Of a stretch of 64,000 nucleotides of DNA, positions 38,205 to 51,035 are shown one piece after another (positions within the stretch are counted from its first letter, which is position 1; every line of letters begins with the position of its first letter). The position numbers were made by a program, and so were the translations under genes. The notes below the pieces were generated by a model, which saw only the letters and a program-made list of their open reading frames with translations, did no database searches and was not told the DNA's origin. This stretch comes from Eledone cirrhosa (Eukaryota), in assembly GCA_964016885.1 (NCBI GenBank), contig OZ024743.1:172732001-172796000 (forward strand), written 5' to 3'.

Positions 38205-41156
38205 ATGAGGAAACATCGGTTTGCCAAGGGGCCGGAACTGTTTGGGGTGCGGCTGCTTCCACCACTTCACCTGCGTTGACTTGACTCGTCGAGCTTCCAA
38301 TGCCCTCACAGTGTGGAGGTGCAGGAGCTGCTTCTTCCCCACGTCTTCCCAGCCACGGCCGTCTGTCACACCACCAGATGGGACAGTGAGCTTGCCTGAC
38401 GCACAAGCCTCGCTGGTCAACATCGCTCGGCTCAGGCGGCTCTGGAAGATCCCACTCAGGATCCCGAGAGCGGCACGGGTGCCGGTAGCCAATGCCCTCG
38501 CTTCCTCGATTGAGAGCACCCTGCATTCCAATCGAGCCAGTGACTGGGAGCGGCTGTTCTATTTCACCCCACTCGTTCTCGGCCTCCTCAGCTCTGGCGC
38601 TGACCGGGGTGGCCGGTCAACAGCAGCCTTCGTCAAGGCCAATGTCTCGTCCTTTGGGCGAGCGCCCAAACCAAGCGTGCCCAGGGATGCCACACACCCC
38701 ACCCTCAGGTACCCCCTAACTCCACCCCCGAGGCCAGCGCCAAGCATTTGCGTGACCAGGTAAACGCCAAGCTTATCATGATTGATGTTTTGGCCGCAGT
38801 CAGAGTTGTTGCCTCAGAGGACACTGTCCTCCAACCCACCGAGGAGGTCCTGGCTGCTCTGCGACTCAATCACCCTGAACCACCCACTGATCTCAGACCC
38901 ATACCCCCACTTGCTCCTTGTGGCTTCTGATGCAGACATCATGTCCGCCATCAGGTCCTTCCCAGCTAGCAGCTGCGGAGGTGTTGATGGTCTCCGACCA
39001 GGCCACCTCGAGGAGTTGACATCCCCCCTCTTCACTGAGGCCGAGCACCGCCTTCTGAGTGCAATTGTGGCACTCACCAATAGGCTCATCCATAGTGCCC
39101 TGGACACTTACGCCCGAGGCCTCTTTATTTTGGCCAGCCTCACCGTTCTCATGAAGAAAGAGGGTGGCATAGGCCCGATTGTTGTGGGCAATGTCTTCCG
39201 GAGGCTGGCTACAAAGGTGATCTGCAAGTCCGTAACACACGAACTGGGTGAGGAGTTGAGTCCGGTGCAACTGGGTGTTGGCGTGTCCGATGGCTGTGAG
39301 GGGGCCGCTCATGCAACCAGGCAGTTCTTCAACAGTTGCCCATCGGAACCAGCATCCAGGGACTCCAGGCACCTCATTGTCAAGCTTGACATGAGGAATG
39401 CCTTCAACTCTTTACGCTGGGATCATCTGCTCGAGGTCTGCCTCAGCCGAGCTCCCTCTGCCTACCCGCTGACCTACCTGTCATATGGAGCCCCGAGCAT
39501 GCTCCTTGCTGCTGGTACGGTCATACCCTCAGCTACTGGGGTCAAACAGGGCGACTCTTTGGGACCCCTCCTGTTCGCCCTTGGTATTGACCACATCGCC
39601 CGGAGTATCGCGGCCCCTCTCAACGTTTGGTATCTGGATGATGCTACGTTCGGTGGGCCCGTACGGACAGTCTGCCATGATCTTCAATCGTGGGTTCCAT
39701 CCCTGGCGGGAATCGACCTCCAGGTGAACTCGGCCAATTCGGAGGTGGTGAATGTCAGCCTCAATGCTGCGAACTTTGCAGCCTCCGTCTTGGACGTGTG
39801 GTCCATTCTCTATGACGTTCAGGTGACCCCCAAAGAGGATGTCCTCATCCTCAGGTCACCGATCCACCCACCGGCCATCCGCTCCACCATCAGGTCCAGG
39901 CTTCAACAGCTCCAGACTCTCATGAGCCGACTGGGCTTGATTGACGGCCACCCAGCTCTCTTTCTGCTGAGGAACTGCTTCGCCATGCCAAAGCTCCTCC
40001 ATACACTCCACAGCGCTCCATGCTACACCCAGACATCTCTCCTCGCTGACCTCGATACTTGTATCCGAGAAGCAGCCGAGGAGATATGTAACGTCAAGTT
40101 TGACGACATAGGGTGGCAACAGGCCACTTTACCTGTCAGGTATGGCGGCCTTGGCCTCCGGTGCCCGATCTCAATAGCTTTGCTGGCGTATCTTTCGTCG
40201 GTAACCTTGTGCCGCATCCTCATCAGCAGGGTTCTTCAAAACACAACAGAACCCTCTGTGTTCAGAGAACGTGAGGCCGCCTGTGAGACGTGGGGCCGGC
40301 TGGGACTTAGCCCAGTAGACGTCCCTCCTCCTTCTCCCCCTGTTGACGTCAAGTTCCCCCCCCCCCAGCGCACTTGGGATGCCATCCAGTGCAGCCTGGC
40401 CTCAGACATGCTCACGCGCCAGCTCGACCAGCATGCCTTTCTTGTTTTCGTGTGGCCTCTAAACCCCACAGTGGTGCCTGGCTCCATGCCCTGCCCTCCT
40501 TCTCCACTGGCACGCAGCTAGACAACCATAGCCTGCGCATCGGCGTTTCCCTGAGGCTCGGCCTCCGGATCTGCGAGCCACACCAATGTCGTTGCAGTTC
40601 CACCGTGGACTCTTTCGGCCTCCACCCGCTTTCCTGTTGCCACAGTGCTGGCCGCATTCCACGCCATGCTGCCCTCAACGAGGTCATTAAGCATGGCTTG
40701 GACGCTGCAGGCTTCCCTTCCCAGCTCAAGCCGGTGGGGCTGGATCGAGGGGACGGCAAAAGGCCAGATGGCATGACCATCTTCCCGTTCCGCGGTGGCA
40801 AACCCCTCGTCTGGGATGCCACTTGCACCGACACTTTCTGCAGCCGCAACCTGGTGCAGTCTGTGACTGACCCAGGTTCTGCTGCACGTCGGGCTGAGGG
40901 GGCCAAACTCCTCAAATACCAGTCATTCTCCGACAGGTTTGCGGTCGTACCCCTGGCAGTGGAGACTTCTGGTGTCCTCGGTCCCAGAGCTACCTCCTTA
41001 CTCACCACCATAGGCGCTGAGCTAGCCAGCCGCAGGTGTGAACCCTGCGAGTTGGAGTGGCTTTTCCAGCGCATCTCCCTTGCCGTCCTCCGGGGAAATG
41101 CCTTCTCCATTCTGTCTGCCAGAGCTGTGGGAGGGCCCCATCGCATGCTATTGTAG
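38205..41156 (+). mobile_element. CRE-like non-LTR retrotransposon: PHD-like finger, RT, CCHC finger plus RLE (PD-D/ExK); frameshifted
   Basis: CLGCGCFHHFTC..WRCRSC; GVDGLRP, QLGVG..GCE, LDMRNAFN, QGDSLGPLLF, WYLDD, GGLG; CRC..HPLSC..GRIPRH, RPDG, WDATCTDT, VETSG. GC content is well above the background. Confidence 0.92.
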
Positions 41157-41460
41157 TTGTTGTATACAGATGTTCAACAATATTCACAACATCGGTGACA
41201 TCATAAAGAAAGCAAGTCGTTCGAATCCCTTAAATACACACGCATCAAAAGATATTTCGCACATACAAATTTCAAATTTATAATTGTATTCAGTTGTATA
41301 AATAATATTACAAATTGTTCACAATTCTTTCAGAATGAAAATATAAACACTAATATAAACATATAATAAATACAAGAACCTTACAAATACAACACACCAA
41401 AATATACGACCAAAGCGAGAAAAAAAAAAAAGGAAAACAAAAACGACCATTGTATATCAG

Positions 41461-41650
41461 ATAATTGTTTCCACTTTTGGCACAAGGCCATCAATTACCC
41501 AGTACATTACTGGTACTTTATTTTATCGACCCCGTAAGGATGAAAGGCAAAGTTAACCTCAGCGGGATTTGAACTCAGACTGTAGAGGGACGTAACTATG
41601 CTGGAAAGCATGGCGTCCAACCCTCTACCGATACTGCCAATCCACTGCAG
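41461..41650 (-). mobile_element. SINE family 1, near complete
   Basis: Same head and body as 2740-2875. Confidence 0.8.
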
Positions 41651-41964
41651 ATAATGGTGTCTAGAATACACTATGTCTGAATATTTAATGTTTATGTCAT
41701 TTGTGTGAAATAATATATTATCGGACACTACCACAGTCATGGGGGTAATTGCCCCGGGGGTCCCTGCAGTTGGGGGTCCCACGAGCGACGGCCATAACAA
41801 TTTATTTGTGCCCTCAGCAGAGCTTTTTAGTTTTAGGCTGGTTACAAATTTTGAATTTAATCCTTGTATGTATAACTTTTCAATTCCAATTATTTGCGCC
41901 AAACTATCTTTCATATGTAAAATTGGGGGGTTTACTATGTATTCTAATTTTTTGTGTATGAGCG

Positions 41965-42385
41965 TGTAACGGAAGACTCCTATGTTTTACCTGGGGAAGA
42001 TTCAAAACCGAATCTGAGGGTTCTCGCCTCTAAAACCACCTATTGTTGGGAGTTCCCACCAGTGTCCTGTCAAGAGATAACTATGATAAACGTACATACC
42101 ACTTGATTTGTGACCCCAGGTTCTTGACTGATGAAACACACATGGCTGCTCCTAAATCAAGCTGTATACATATCCTTATAGCTGTAGGGTTATTATAAAT
42201 ACAAGTACTTAGAGAGTTCACCAGAGAGACCACGAAGCAGCAGTCTGTGAGAGGTTAACGATGTAGCCCATTCACTATCTACAGACCTCTCTCTCTCTCT
42301 CTCCTGGCTCTACAGGCTCTCACATTTCATACCAGCTCGGCAGATTGACCAACTATGTATGCTAAGGATAGACACACACAGTAAG
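41965..42385 (+). mobile_element. Second, partial copy of the 35046 LTR family
   Basis: TGTAACGGAAGACTCCTATGTTTTACC... is colinear with 35046-35465; the 3' end was not identified. Confidence 0.7.
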
Positions 42386-42969
42386 GTCTAAATCCAACAA
42401 CTAGCCACAGTCAATAAACAGACATAAACACGATGAGTCCCTAGATGTATTCACGCGTCATGCTAGAAGTTGATCCTACACGCAACCATCTTAAGTTAGG
42501 GCATAGATACACCTAAAAAGGGATCGTGAATCTTGTGACTAAATTAGAAACCATTAATTAGATGGCAGTGGAGGGGACAGAACCCACCTACTTAGCAGAG
42601 CCTGCCAGATTTCAGAAATAGATGCAGTTAATGCTCAGTTATTATAAATACATAAGACAATAGACTGGAATGTCTTTGATCGGCAATCTCCACAATCAGA
42701 GTTGGTCTGACACGAGCTTTAACGTGGGCCTCTATGCAGCCATTCAACCAGCTGAAAATGACAGCCAATCTCCCGTTAAATCACACCATACCATCTTAAA
42801 AATAGAGGGGCAAGTTGGATAATGTAGTCATAGATTTACTATGTATGGGGAAAAAAAGAAAAAAACGGGATCAGTTTGCTCGATCAAACCTGGCCTAGGA
42901 TAACAACATAGGTAAAAAGGGAAATTCCAAGGAACTTGGATCTGCAAGATCAAAGGAGTTTGGTCAGAA

Positions 42970-43382
42970 CAGGGGCGGAGGAAGCATTTCTGAATTGGGG
43001 GTGGTCAATTTAGTTGTAGTGATTGATTAGTTTAGCTCATTGCACTCTAAATTGGTCAGAAAATGTAATTTGCTTTCAAGCAGGTCATATTACATTTGCA
43101 GCTTTCAATAATTGTAAAGTGATTTTAGCAAAAAGGCCTATGAAATCTGTCTCTGAATACACATACTAGCAATTGGCAAATAGTGATATGTGGAGAAAAA
43201 GTTATGACATGACAAAAACATTTACTATGAAGGTTAACAATATATTATCAAATATCAACCAAGATATAAAAAAAACTTTGATATGCGATAAACATAACAT
43301 ATACATAAATTGAAGCGTATATACAAATATATGTGTGTTTTGGTGGTTAGGAGAGAAAAATATTATTATTCCACCGCCCCTG
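42970..43382. mobile_element. hAT-like MITE
   Basis: TIRs CAGGGGCGGAGGAA ... TTCCACCGCCCCTG; no clear TSD. Confidence 0.5.
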
Positions 43383-43624
43383 CAAAAAGTTTAGTGTCTG
43401 TTGAGGGATGATGACACAATAGGGGGTTTGCAAGGAAGAGTGAACTTCCATAATCCTTTTGAGAAACGTGGACCTGCCACGTCTATGCAATGGCACACAT
43501 TTTACAGTCAGGCGGATGAGGAACCATCTCTAAGAGGTCACTATTCTTGGAGGCAATCATCAATGAGAAAATGCATTTATTCCCAAGATTCCTCTTATCC
43601 CTTCCTCTACCGAGCTGCTGTTCT

Positions 43625-43820
43625 CGAGACGTCAGTTCCCAGTTATGACCATGCATAAAGTTCAGGCTCAAAGTCTGTAAGTTGTAGAATTGAATATCAG
43701 ATAATCGGTTTTTACCCATGGACAGTTATATGTAGATTGTTCACGAGTAGGAACACCTAGAAATCTTCATACACTACGCACTAACAATAAAATGAAGAAT
43801 CTGGTGTATCTGGAAGATTT
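43625..43820 (+). mobile_element. Helitron helicase extreme C-terminal remnant
   Basis: MTMHKVQAQSL..GFTHGQLYVDCSRVG. Confidence 0.75.
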
Positions 43821-44424
43821 TTTACTGTTTTTTGTTTTGTTACACACACCACGGTTTGGCCTTATACAGTAAACCAAACATCCAATACAGTCATTTTCTC
43901 TTCTACTTGTCTACTCTTATCTGTTTACCGAAATGGGTACATCAGCGAGTTGTATATAAATGTGTGAGTCTGCGCGCGTGTGTGTATATGTTTGTTTGTG
44001 TGTGTAAACCAGCATTTGAATCAGAGACGTATATGTATGTGTAGATGTGTGTGCATGTTTAATTCTTTTGTCTGTGTATCTGATTAAGTATTTACGTAAA
44101 GATGTGTGTGTATGTAATTTACCAAAGCGTGACGTACATAAAGAATGCGCAAACACACACACTCATATACAAAATATGACGTCGTCATCTACTTATATAT
44201 ATAACCAGCAATTTCTCAGTCTGTCTGTCCGACAGTGGAAACACGTGCATAGAGAGAGAGTGAGAGTGAAAGAAAGAGACAGACTACGAGAGGGGGATAG
44301 CGGTAGGGAGAGAGGGAGAGAGAGAGAGAGTGAATAGACGCTAAAACACGTGCTACAGAAACATTACCTTCCCCTCTCCACTGACTTTGGTCACTGAGGC
44401 CGAGGGAATCGCGCTGAGCGCGTC

Positions 44425-44940
44425 ATAATGACGTAATGCAGACAGCCAGACATACAGACAGATATTATAAGGGCGCAACGTTATATTTATGTATCTATCT
44501 AAAAAGAAAGACTAAGAATTATATAGAGAGAACGCTAAATCGCCTAATGCGGTCCCTAGGGCATTGAAAATTTGAAATAATTTTTGCTCAAAACACTTAC
44601 AGGACCATAAGTATTACATGTCTAAAGTTTGAAAACAATCGGTTGGATGGTTCTCAAGTTTTAGTGAGCTGACAGACAGACAGACATTCTCTGTTTTAGA
44701 TATATAGACTAGCAGAAAACCACCCGGTGGGTGGTTTTCTGCTAGTCTATATATCTAAAACTGATGTTGTCTGTGTGTGAGTCCTCATTTTTGCAAAGTC
44801 TATACTAATCCACATTTCTACTCCGATTGACTTCAAACTTGCATTTATATATTCCTTGCGGTCTAAAGATACTAACTGCTGCTTTTATTTTTCAATTTTC
44901 TGTTGTTAGGTGCTGGTTATCAATCACCGTCGAGCCCTTA
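44425..44940. mobile_element. Two divergently oriented non-autonomous Helitron 5' ends joined by a 69-bp fold-back
   Basis: 44430-44705 is homologous to 61530-61825. The palindrome at 44693-44761 has CTAG|TCTATATAT on both strands. Confidence 0.65.
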
Positions 44941-45164
44941 TAGTATCTGTCTGTATGTCTGTTTGTCTGCATAATGACATTCTGATGAACACATCATTCA
45001 AACACACACACACAGACACACATACATATATACTTATATATACATATATATACACACACATATACATATATATATATATATACAAACATATACACATATA
45101 TAGATATACACATATACAAATATACACATAAAAATATATGTATACATACACACACACACATATA

Positions 45165-48100
45165 TCATCATCATCATCATCATCATCAGGTTTAGCGTCC
45201 GTGTTCCACGCTTGCATGGGTTTGGACGGGGGTTTTCCCACTTGAGGCAAGAGTGGTTGTCTTGCTCGCATAGGACTGTCTGGCGGGTTTTCTACAGTTG
45301 GATGCCTTTCCTAACACCAACCACATTTACAGTGTGGGGCTGGGAGGTTTTTACCGTGTTGCCTACACGGCCACATTACAGCGTGGACTGTCTGGCGGGT
45401 TTTCTACAGCTGGATGCCCTTCCTAACACCAACCACATTTACAGTGTGGGGCTGGGAGGTTTTTACCGTGTTGCCTACACGGCCACATTTACAGCGTGGA
45501 CTGTGTGTTTTTTGTCGTGACACCTACACGATCTCATTTGTTTCGGCCTGGATGTTGTGGGACCAACATTACTTTACATTGAAAGGGGCGGTGTGGGTGG
45601 GGTGGAGGTGGTGGGATGGGGGTGTGTTTTGATAGAGATGCCTACTGACTGTAGTGGGTTTTTACTTTGTATTTAGGTAAGGCGGGTCTTCTCTATTACT
45701 GAGTACCGCCAAAGGTCTCGGTCCAGTGACATTGTCTTGGAGAGGTGTAAGCGTGTGAGGTCGGAATTTATCAGCTCGTCCCATGTTTTTCTGGGTCTGC
45801 CTACTCCGTGGCTACCGTCTATCTTTATTGCCCTGCACTTTGTTATACAGCTGTCGTCTTTCATGCGCATCACGTGACCGTACCAACGTAGCCTTCTCTC
45901 GAGTAAACAACATCTGATCCCTCTTATTTCTAATTTTTTCCTTAGTTCGTTTATGCTTTGCCGTTCACGTATATTACTATTGCACATCCAGCGGAGCATG
46001 CAAGCTTCGTTCCTCTCTAGTCTGCGTATATCCTCTGCACACAATGCCCAGGTCTCACTGCCATGCAGCATTGCTGTTCGTATGCAGGCATCGTATAACC
46101 TGCCTTTCATTTTTAGGGAGAACCCTCTAGCGGCTAATAGTGGTATAAGCTCTCTGAACTTTTTCCATCCAGTTCTGACTCTAGCTACTGTACTTTCAGA
46201 GCACCCTCCCCCACTGCTGATTTTGTCACCCAGATAACGGAAGCTGTCCACTATTTCTATAGAACCCTCTGCGCAGTTGAAGGAGCTAGTATTTTGTGGG
46301 CACTTGCTGCTACTTATTGCACCAGAGCACCGGCCACATGTAAAATCTATGTTCTTAGTTAGCTTACCTGTGATCCCACTACATCTTTTATGCACCCATA
46401 CTTTGCATTTGGGACATAAAATGGAGTTTCTACCTACGCCTTTCCTACACACTGAGCATGGCTATTTCCCAGATGGGACCGCCGCCTTATTTTCTTTCCT
46501 ACAAACTAGAACTTTAGTCTTAGCCAGGTTAATTTTAAGGCCTTTTGATTCTAGGCCGTGCTTCCATGTTTGGAATTTCTTCTCTAGTTCGGTCATTGAT
46601 TCAGCTATGAGCGTTAGATCATCTGCGTATAGGAGTTCCCATGGGCAGCCAGTCTTGAACTCCTCTGTTATAGCCTGAAGGGCAATAATAAATAGTAGGG
46701 GGCTAAGAACAGAGCCCTGATGGACACCAACTTTTACGCTAAACTCTTCACTATATTCGTTGTTAATTCTAACCTTACTGACTGTTTCTTTATACATGGC
46801 TTGTATAGCTCTCACAAGCCATTCGTCAACACCTAGTTTTCTAAGAGACCACCAGATAATGGAACGGGGGACTCTGTCGAAGGCTATCTCCAAGTCGACG
46901 AAAGCTAAGTATAGGGGTTTACTTTTAGCTAGGTACTTCTCCTGTAGTTGTCGTACAATGAAAAGAGCGTCTGTGGTACTTTTGCCTGACACAAACCCGA
47001 ACTGCATTTCATCTAGATCAATTCTCTCTCTGATTAGTTGCGCTATTACTTTTTCCGTGACCTTCATGACCTGGTTGATTAATTTAATGCCTCTATAGTT
47101 ACTCCTATCTAGGGCATCTCCTTTTCCCTTATAGCAGTTAACGATGATGCTGCTACGCCAGTCCTTCGGAACAACCCCATTCTGTATGACTTGGTTAACT
47201 ATCCGGGTGACCATGGTGTGTCCTACCGAACCAGATGCCTTCAGCATCTCAGCAACTATTTCCGAAGGCCCAGCCGCCTTACCCGTCTTCATATCTTTGA
47301 TTGCCTTACTTATCTACCTTCAACTAACACTGCTGGTCCCTCTATTGGATCGATCTGGGGGAGACTGTGTTTCTCCCATTTGTTCTCCTCATTTAGAAGC
47401 CTTTCGTAGTGACACTTCCAAGCTACCTTCTTATCAGCGTCGGTGATGGCAAGTATGCCATCATCGTTAAGTACACACTTCTCCCCGACAATATCACGGT
47501 TTTCCTTGACACATTGCCTGGCAATCCTGAACACCTCACGTTTTTGGTCCTCACGTTGTAGAACATGCTTGAACTTTCTTTCCTCTGCTTCCCTTCTTGC
47601 GAAGTACACTTGTCTCCTAGCTTCCCTCCTGGCCACTTGATAGTCTTCTCTACTTCCCCCATCCCGCCATACTTTCCAAGCCTGCTTTTTGGCCTTAATT
47701 GACTCCTCCACCTTACTGTTCCACCACCAAGTTACTCTCCTCCTACCTACAGGCCTACTCCAGCCACAGACTTCGTCTGCCGCCGTCAGCAGGTTTGCTC
47801 TCAGGAATTCCCACTGTTCCTCTATATTATACGACTCTAATTGCTCTTCCTTACTGTCGAAAGCGTCAAGTAATATGCTTTGAAATTTATTTCTGGCTAT
47901 GGGGTCCTTTAGCTTCCATATTTTTCTCCTGAGGATAGTCCTCTTCCGCTGTCTAGTACGTCTCGTCCTGACTATGAGGTCGCTAATTATCAGTCTATGT
48001 TGGGAGGTGAATTCTTCATGAGGGAGGGATTTAGTGTTAACAACAGACACTCTGTCACGTCTTCTGGTAAGGATATAATCTACCTGGCTTGTGTGTTCCC

Positions 48101-48195
48101 CCGATCTATAGGTGATCAAGTGATTGTCTCGTTTTTTGAAGTTAGTGTTACAGATAGTTAAGTTATTTGCGTCGCAGAATTCCAGGATTCTGGAG
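45165..48195 (-). mobile_element. RTE LINE family A, 5'-truncated within the APE domain, (ATG)n tail
   Basis: ORFs 47310-48236, 46462-47292 and 45673-46452 cover the APE C-terminus, RT (QGSVLSP, YADD) and the C-terminus. (CAT)n lies at 45166-45187. Confidence 0.95.
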
Positions 48196-48228
48196 TATAT
48201 ATATATATATACATACATACACATACAT

Positions 48229-48262
<34 letters not shown>

Positions 48263-48563
48263 CTGTGTGTATATATATATATATATAGATACATTGTAGG
48301 TTGCTTTAACCCGTCTTTTATTATTCAAAAAACTTCTTGCCAATTAACCCTTTGTGCGCCATTCATCTAACGGTAAACCAACAAATACCAAAATATGGAG
48401 CGTTGACAAGAACGATGGCGAATGAATCTTCGAGGTAAGCAGTTTCCTCCCGAGCTGTTAGTTCACGCAGGATTCTCTGCTACACCTTTTCGTAATAATA
48501 CCGAACAACGTACTACTGGTCACTCCTTCCTGCAAAAGCCGTACAAAGCATCTCTCTCTCTCT

Positions 48564-48633
<70 letters not shown>

Positions 48634-48637
48634 GTTA

Positions 48638-49020
48638 TAAGAACAGATTAAAGTTTAAGCAAAGAATCGCTGCTTTCAACATTAACGGGATCTTCTGAAA
48701 CTAAAAAATTTAATCTGTGAACGCAGAAGTAAATATTTCGAGAAACATTGCAACCGAAGGAAGATGATATTTTGGTTCGTGAAGACGTTCCCTAGCAATG
48801 AACGGAAAAAAAAGCAAGGATAATACGTCGTTATGTGGACCGAGAAGAACAATTTCATGCAAAGACAAGACCAAGTTTATGGTATAAATGGAGTCGTTAG
48901 ACTAATATTCTATTTAAAATAACCGAATGATTTCCAACCCCGGAATTTAAGAAGGATGTAAATAAAATTGAAAACGAAAATGACAGAGGTTATTTAAATA
49001 GTAAAAGTAAATAGTGAAGA
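48638..49020 (-). mobile_element. Penelope 3'UTR repeat copy
   Basis: Homologous to 25575-25960 and to the reverse complement of about 4330-4600. Confidence 0.6.
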
Positions 49021-49109
49021 TATAGGCCAGTACATAGGTATGCGCCGATGGACATACACATACATATACATACGCACACACAAATACACACATACGCGCG
49101 CATGCACAA

Positions 49110-49526
49110 GCCTTATGCATTTCTACAGTATTTTCACCAAACTTAAGACATAGATTACTTATGTACTCCGGATGGTCATGGGCACTTTCATTTTTCCAGA
49201 TATTGATTATAGGGCCTCCCGGCAGATAACCCCCTTCAACCGCTTCCTTGGAGTCGACTGAAGCACTGCAGTGAAATGCAACAAAACGTCATAACTTCTG
49301 GAGTTCGCAACCGATTTTCACAAAACTTGACACATGGGCTACGTTTATTCTACAGATGAATGTGAATTGGCACATATTGAGTAGGGGACCCCTGGGGGCA
49401 GGAACCCCCTTGGGAAAATGCCGATGATTTTGTAAAAGTATAGTTTTCGAAGCAGCACTGAAGTATTGACATAAATGGTATACATAACTGCTATTTAATA
49501 CCCGAGCAACGCCGGGTACCTGCTAG
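49110..49526 (+). mobile_element. Non-autonomous Helitron 3' part
   Basis: Ends TACCCGAGCAACGCCGGGTA (hairpin) then CCTGCTAG. Confidence 0.65.
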
Positions 49527-49944
49527 CTGTATCATAAAATATCTGTTTACTTATAGCTGTCTATAGTAGATCATTTTAAATAAAGTGTTATATTGTTTTA
49601 ATCCAAATGAAAATAAAAATTATATGTTGTAAAATTTGATTTGATTTGGTAGAGCCGTTTGGTAATGCATAAGGAAAAGACAGACAGAAAGGCAAAGAAT
49701 TTTGTAGAGAGAGATTGTATAAATTTACAGTTGAATAACATTACAAATGTTTTAAATATATACATAAATAACATTACAAATGCATGAATAACATCATAAA
49801 TGGCTCGCAATTCATTCAGAAGAATATTACAAATATGATAATATAATTCATTGAACAATAATGAGATAGGAAATAAGAAAAAAAAAGGGGGGGGGGGTGC
49901 AATTCACCAAGTGCGACAATTGACCGCACCTCACACCTTAGGGA

Positions 49945-51035
49945 TTAACTACACACTTTGAGGCAACCTAACGCGCTCGCAGCATTTCCACGGGCTAAGG
50001 CGCTGAATAACCAGGCACCCTCGCGGGCATCACCTAACACCTCAGTAAGGTGAGCCGCCAGTGATCACAAGAACTTCGCTGCCAGCGGCCCAACTCCACC
50101 GAACGTCTAGACCGCCACAAGCTGAAAAAAATAATTATTTGATAAGTCCTCGTATTTCCGATTTTTATTCAGTTCGGCAGCCAAAGCAGTAACCCCAACA
50201 TTCACTGCAGCGTCCATGATGTGGGAGAGAGCAAAAGAGTCACTGACTGTGCCGTCCCAGATGAGACACCTACCTCTCACTCAGGGACAAAGGGCTAGAC
50301 CATATAGTCTCTTCCCATCACTTATGGGTAAACCAGCCTGTTCCAGAACTGTGGGGATATTTACCCGAGCCAGGGCTCGTTTGATGATCAGGTTTAACTC
50401 GGTGTGACGGGTAAAACGACCAACAAGCAGGCGACAAAACAAACCTGTGGAGTCGAGGGACTTACTACAGCAGCATCTCATACCTCCACAGACGTCGGCT
50501 TCCATAGAGATGTGGAGTTAATCCTGACTAAGAAAGCCACCAATGTTGGCCGCAGGCAAGGCACCAATTCAGTCCCCCGAGAATTTTGCGCTAGCAGAAA
50601 GAAAGCGGCACCAAGAAAATTAAGCGGAAAGATCAAAGAGAGAGTTGAAAGTTTCCCTCGAAAGCAGATTGTCCTATGCTCTCTGCTTCCGTCTATCTTC
50701 ATCAGTATCTGGGACTGACAAACCCAGCTCTCTCCACTGTAGTAAAGCTTCATCCAACTCCCTGGTGGAACTAGTCCAAGTTGCGAAGGAGAGGATGTCA
50801 CCCACTAAAGGGGAGCAAGCGTGGATGGAAGAAAGAAAGCAAGGTAGGGACAAAGAAGAGAACTTACGCAAACTGAGACCTCCAAACCGTTTGGGTAAGG
50901 CAGCTTGATCGCGGGACTCTGGAGAGAGTCGGACATTGACCAAACCCTCGAGCTCACTGAATATTAGGTCGTCGGAGTGTTGGAGAGACGACGAGAATTT
51001 GTAAGAGGGACTAACTCTAAGCAAATACAACTTTA
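49945..51035 (-). mobile_element. CRE-like LINE 3' fragment (RT thumb plus RLE)
   Basis: QAALPKRFGGLSLR, C..CCC..DSTGL, GRFTRHTELN, DGKRLYG, WDGT. Confidence 0.85.

Noticed and set aside
35046-42385. A single 7-kb LTR element between the two LTR-like copies
   Set aside because: The first copy has its own TSD, the copies are strongly diverged, and the interior has no gag-pol.
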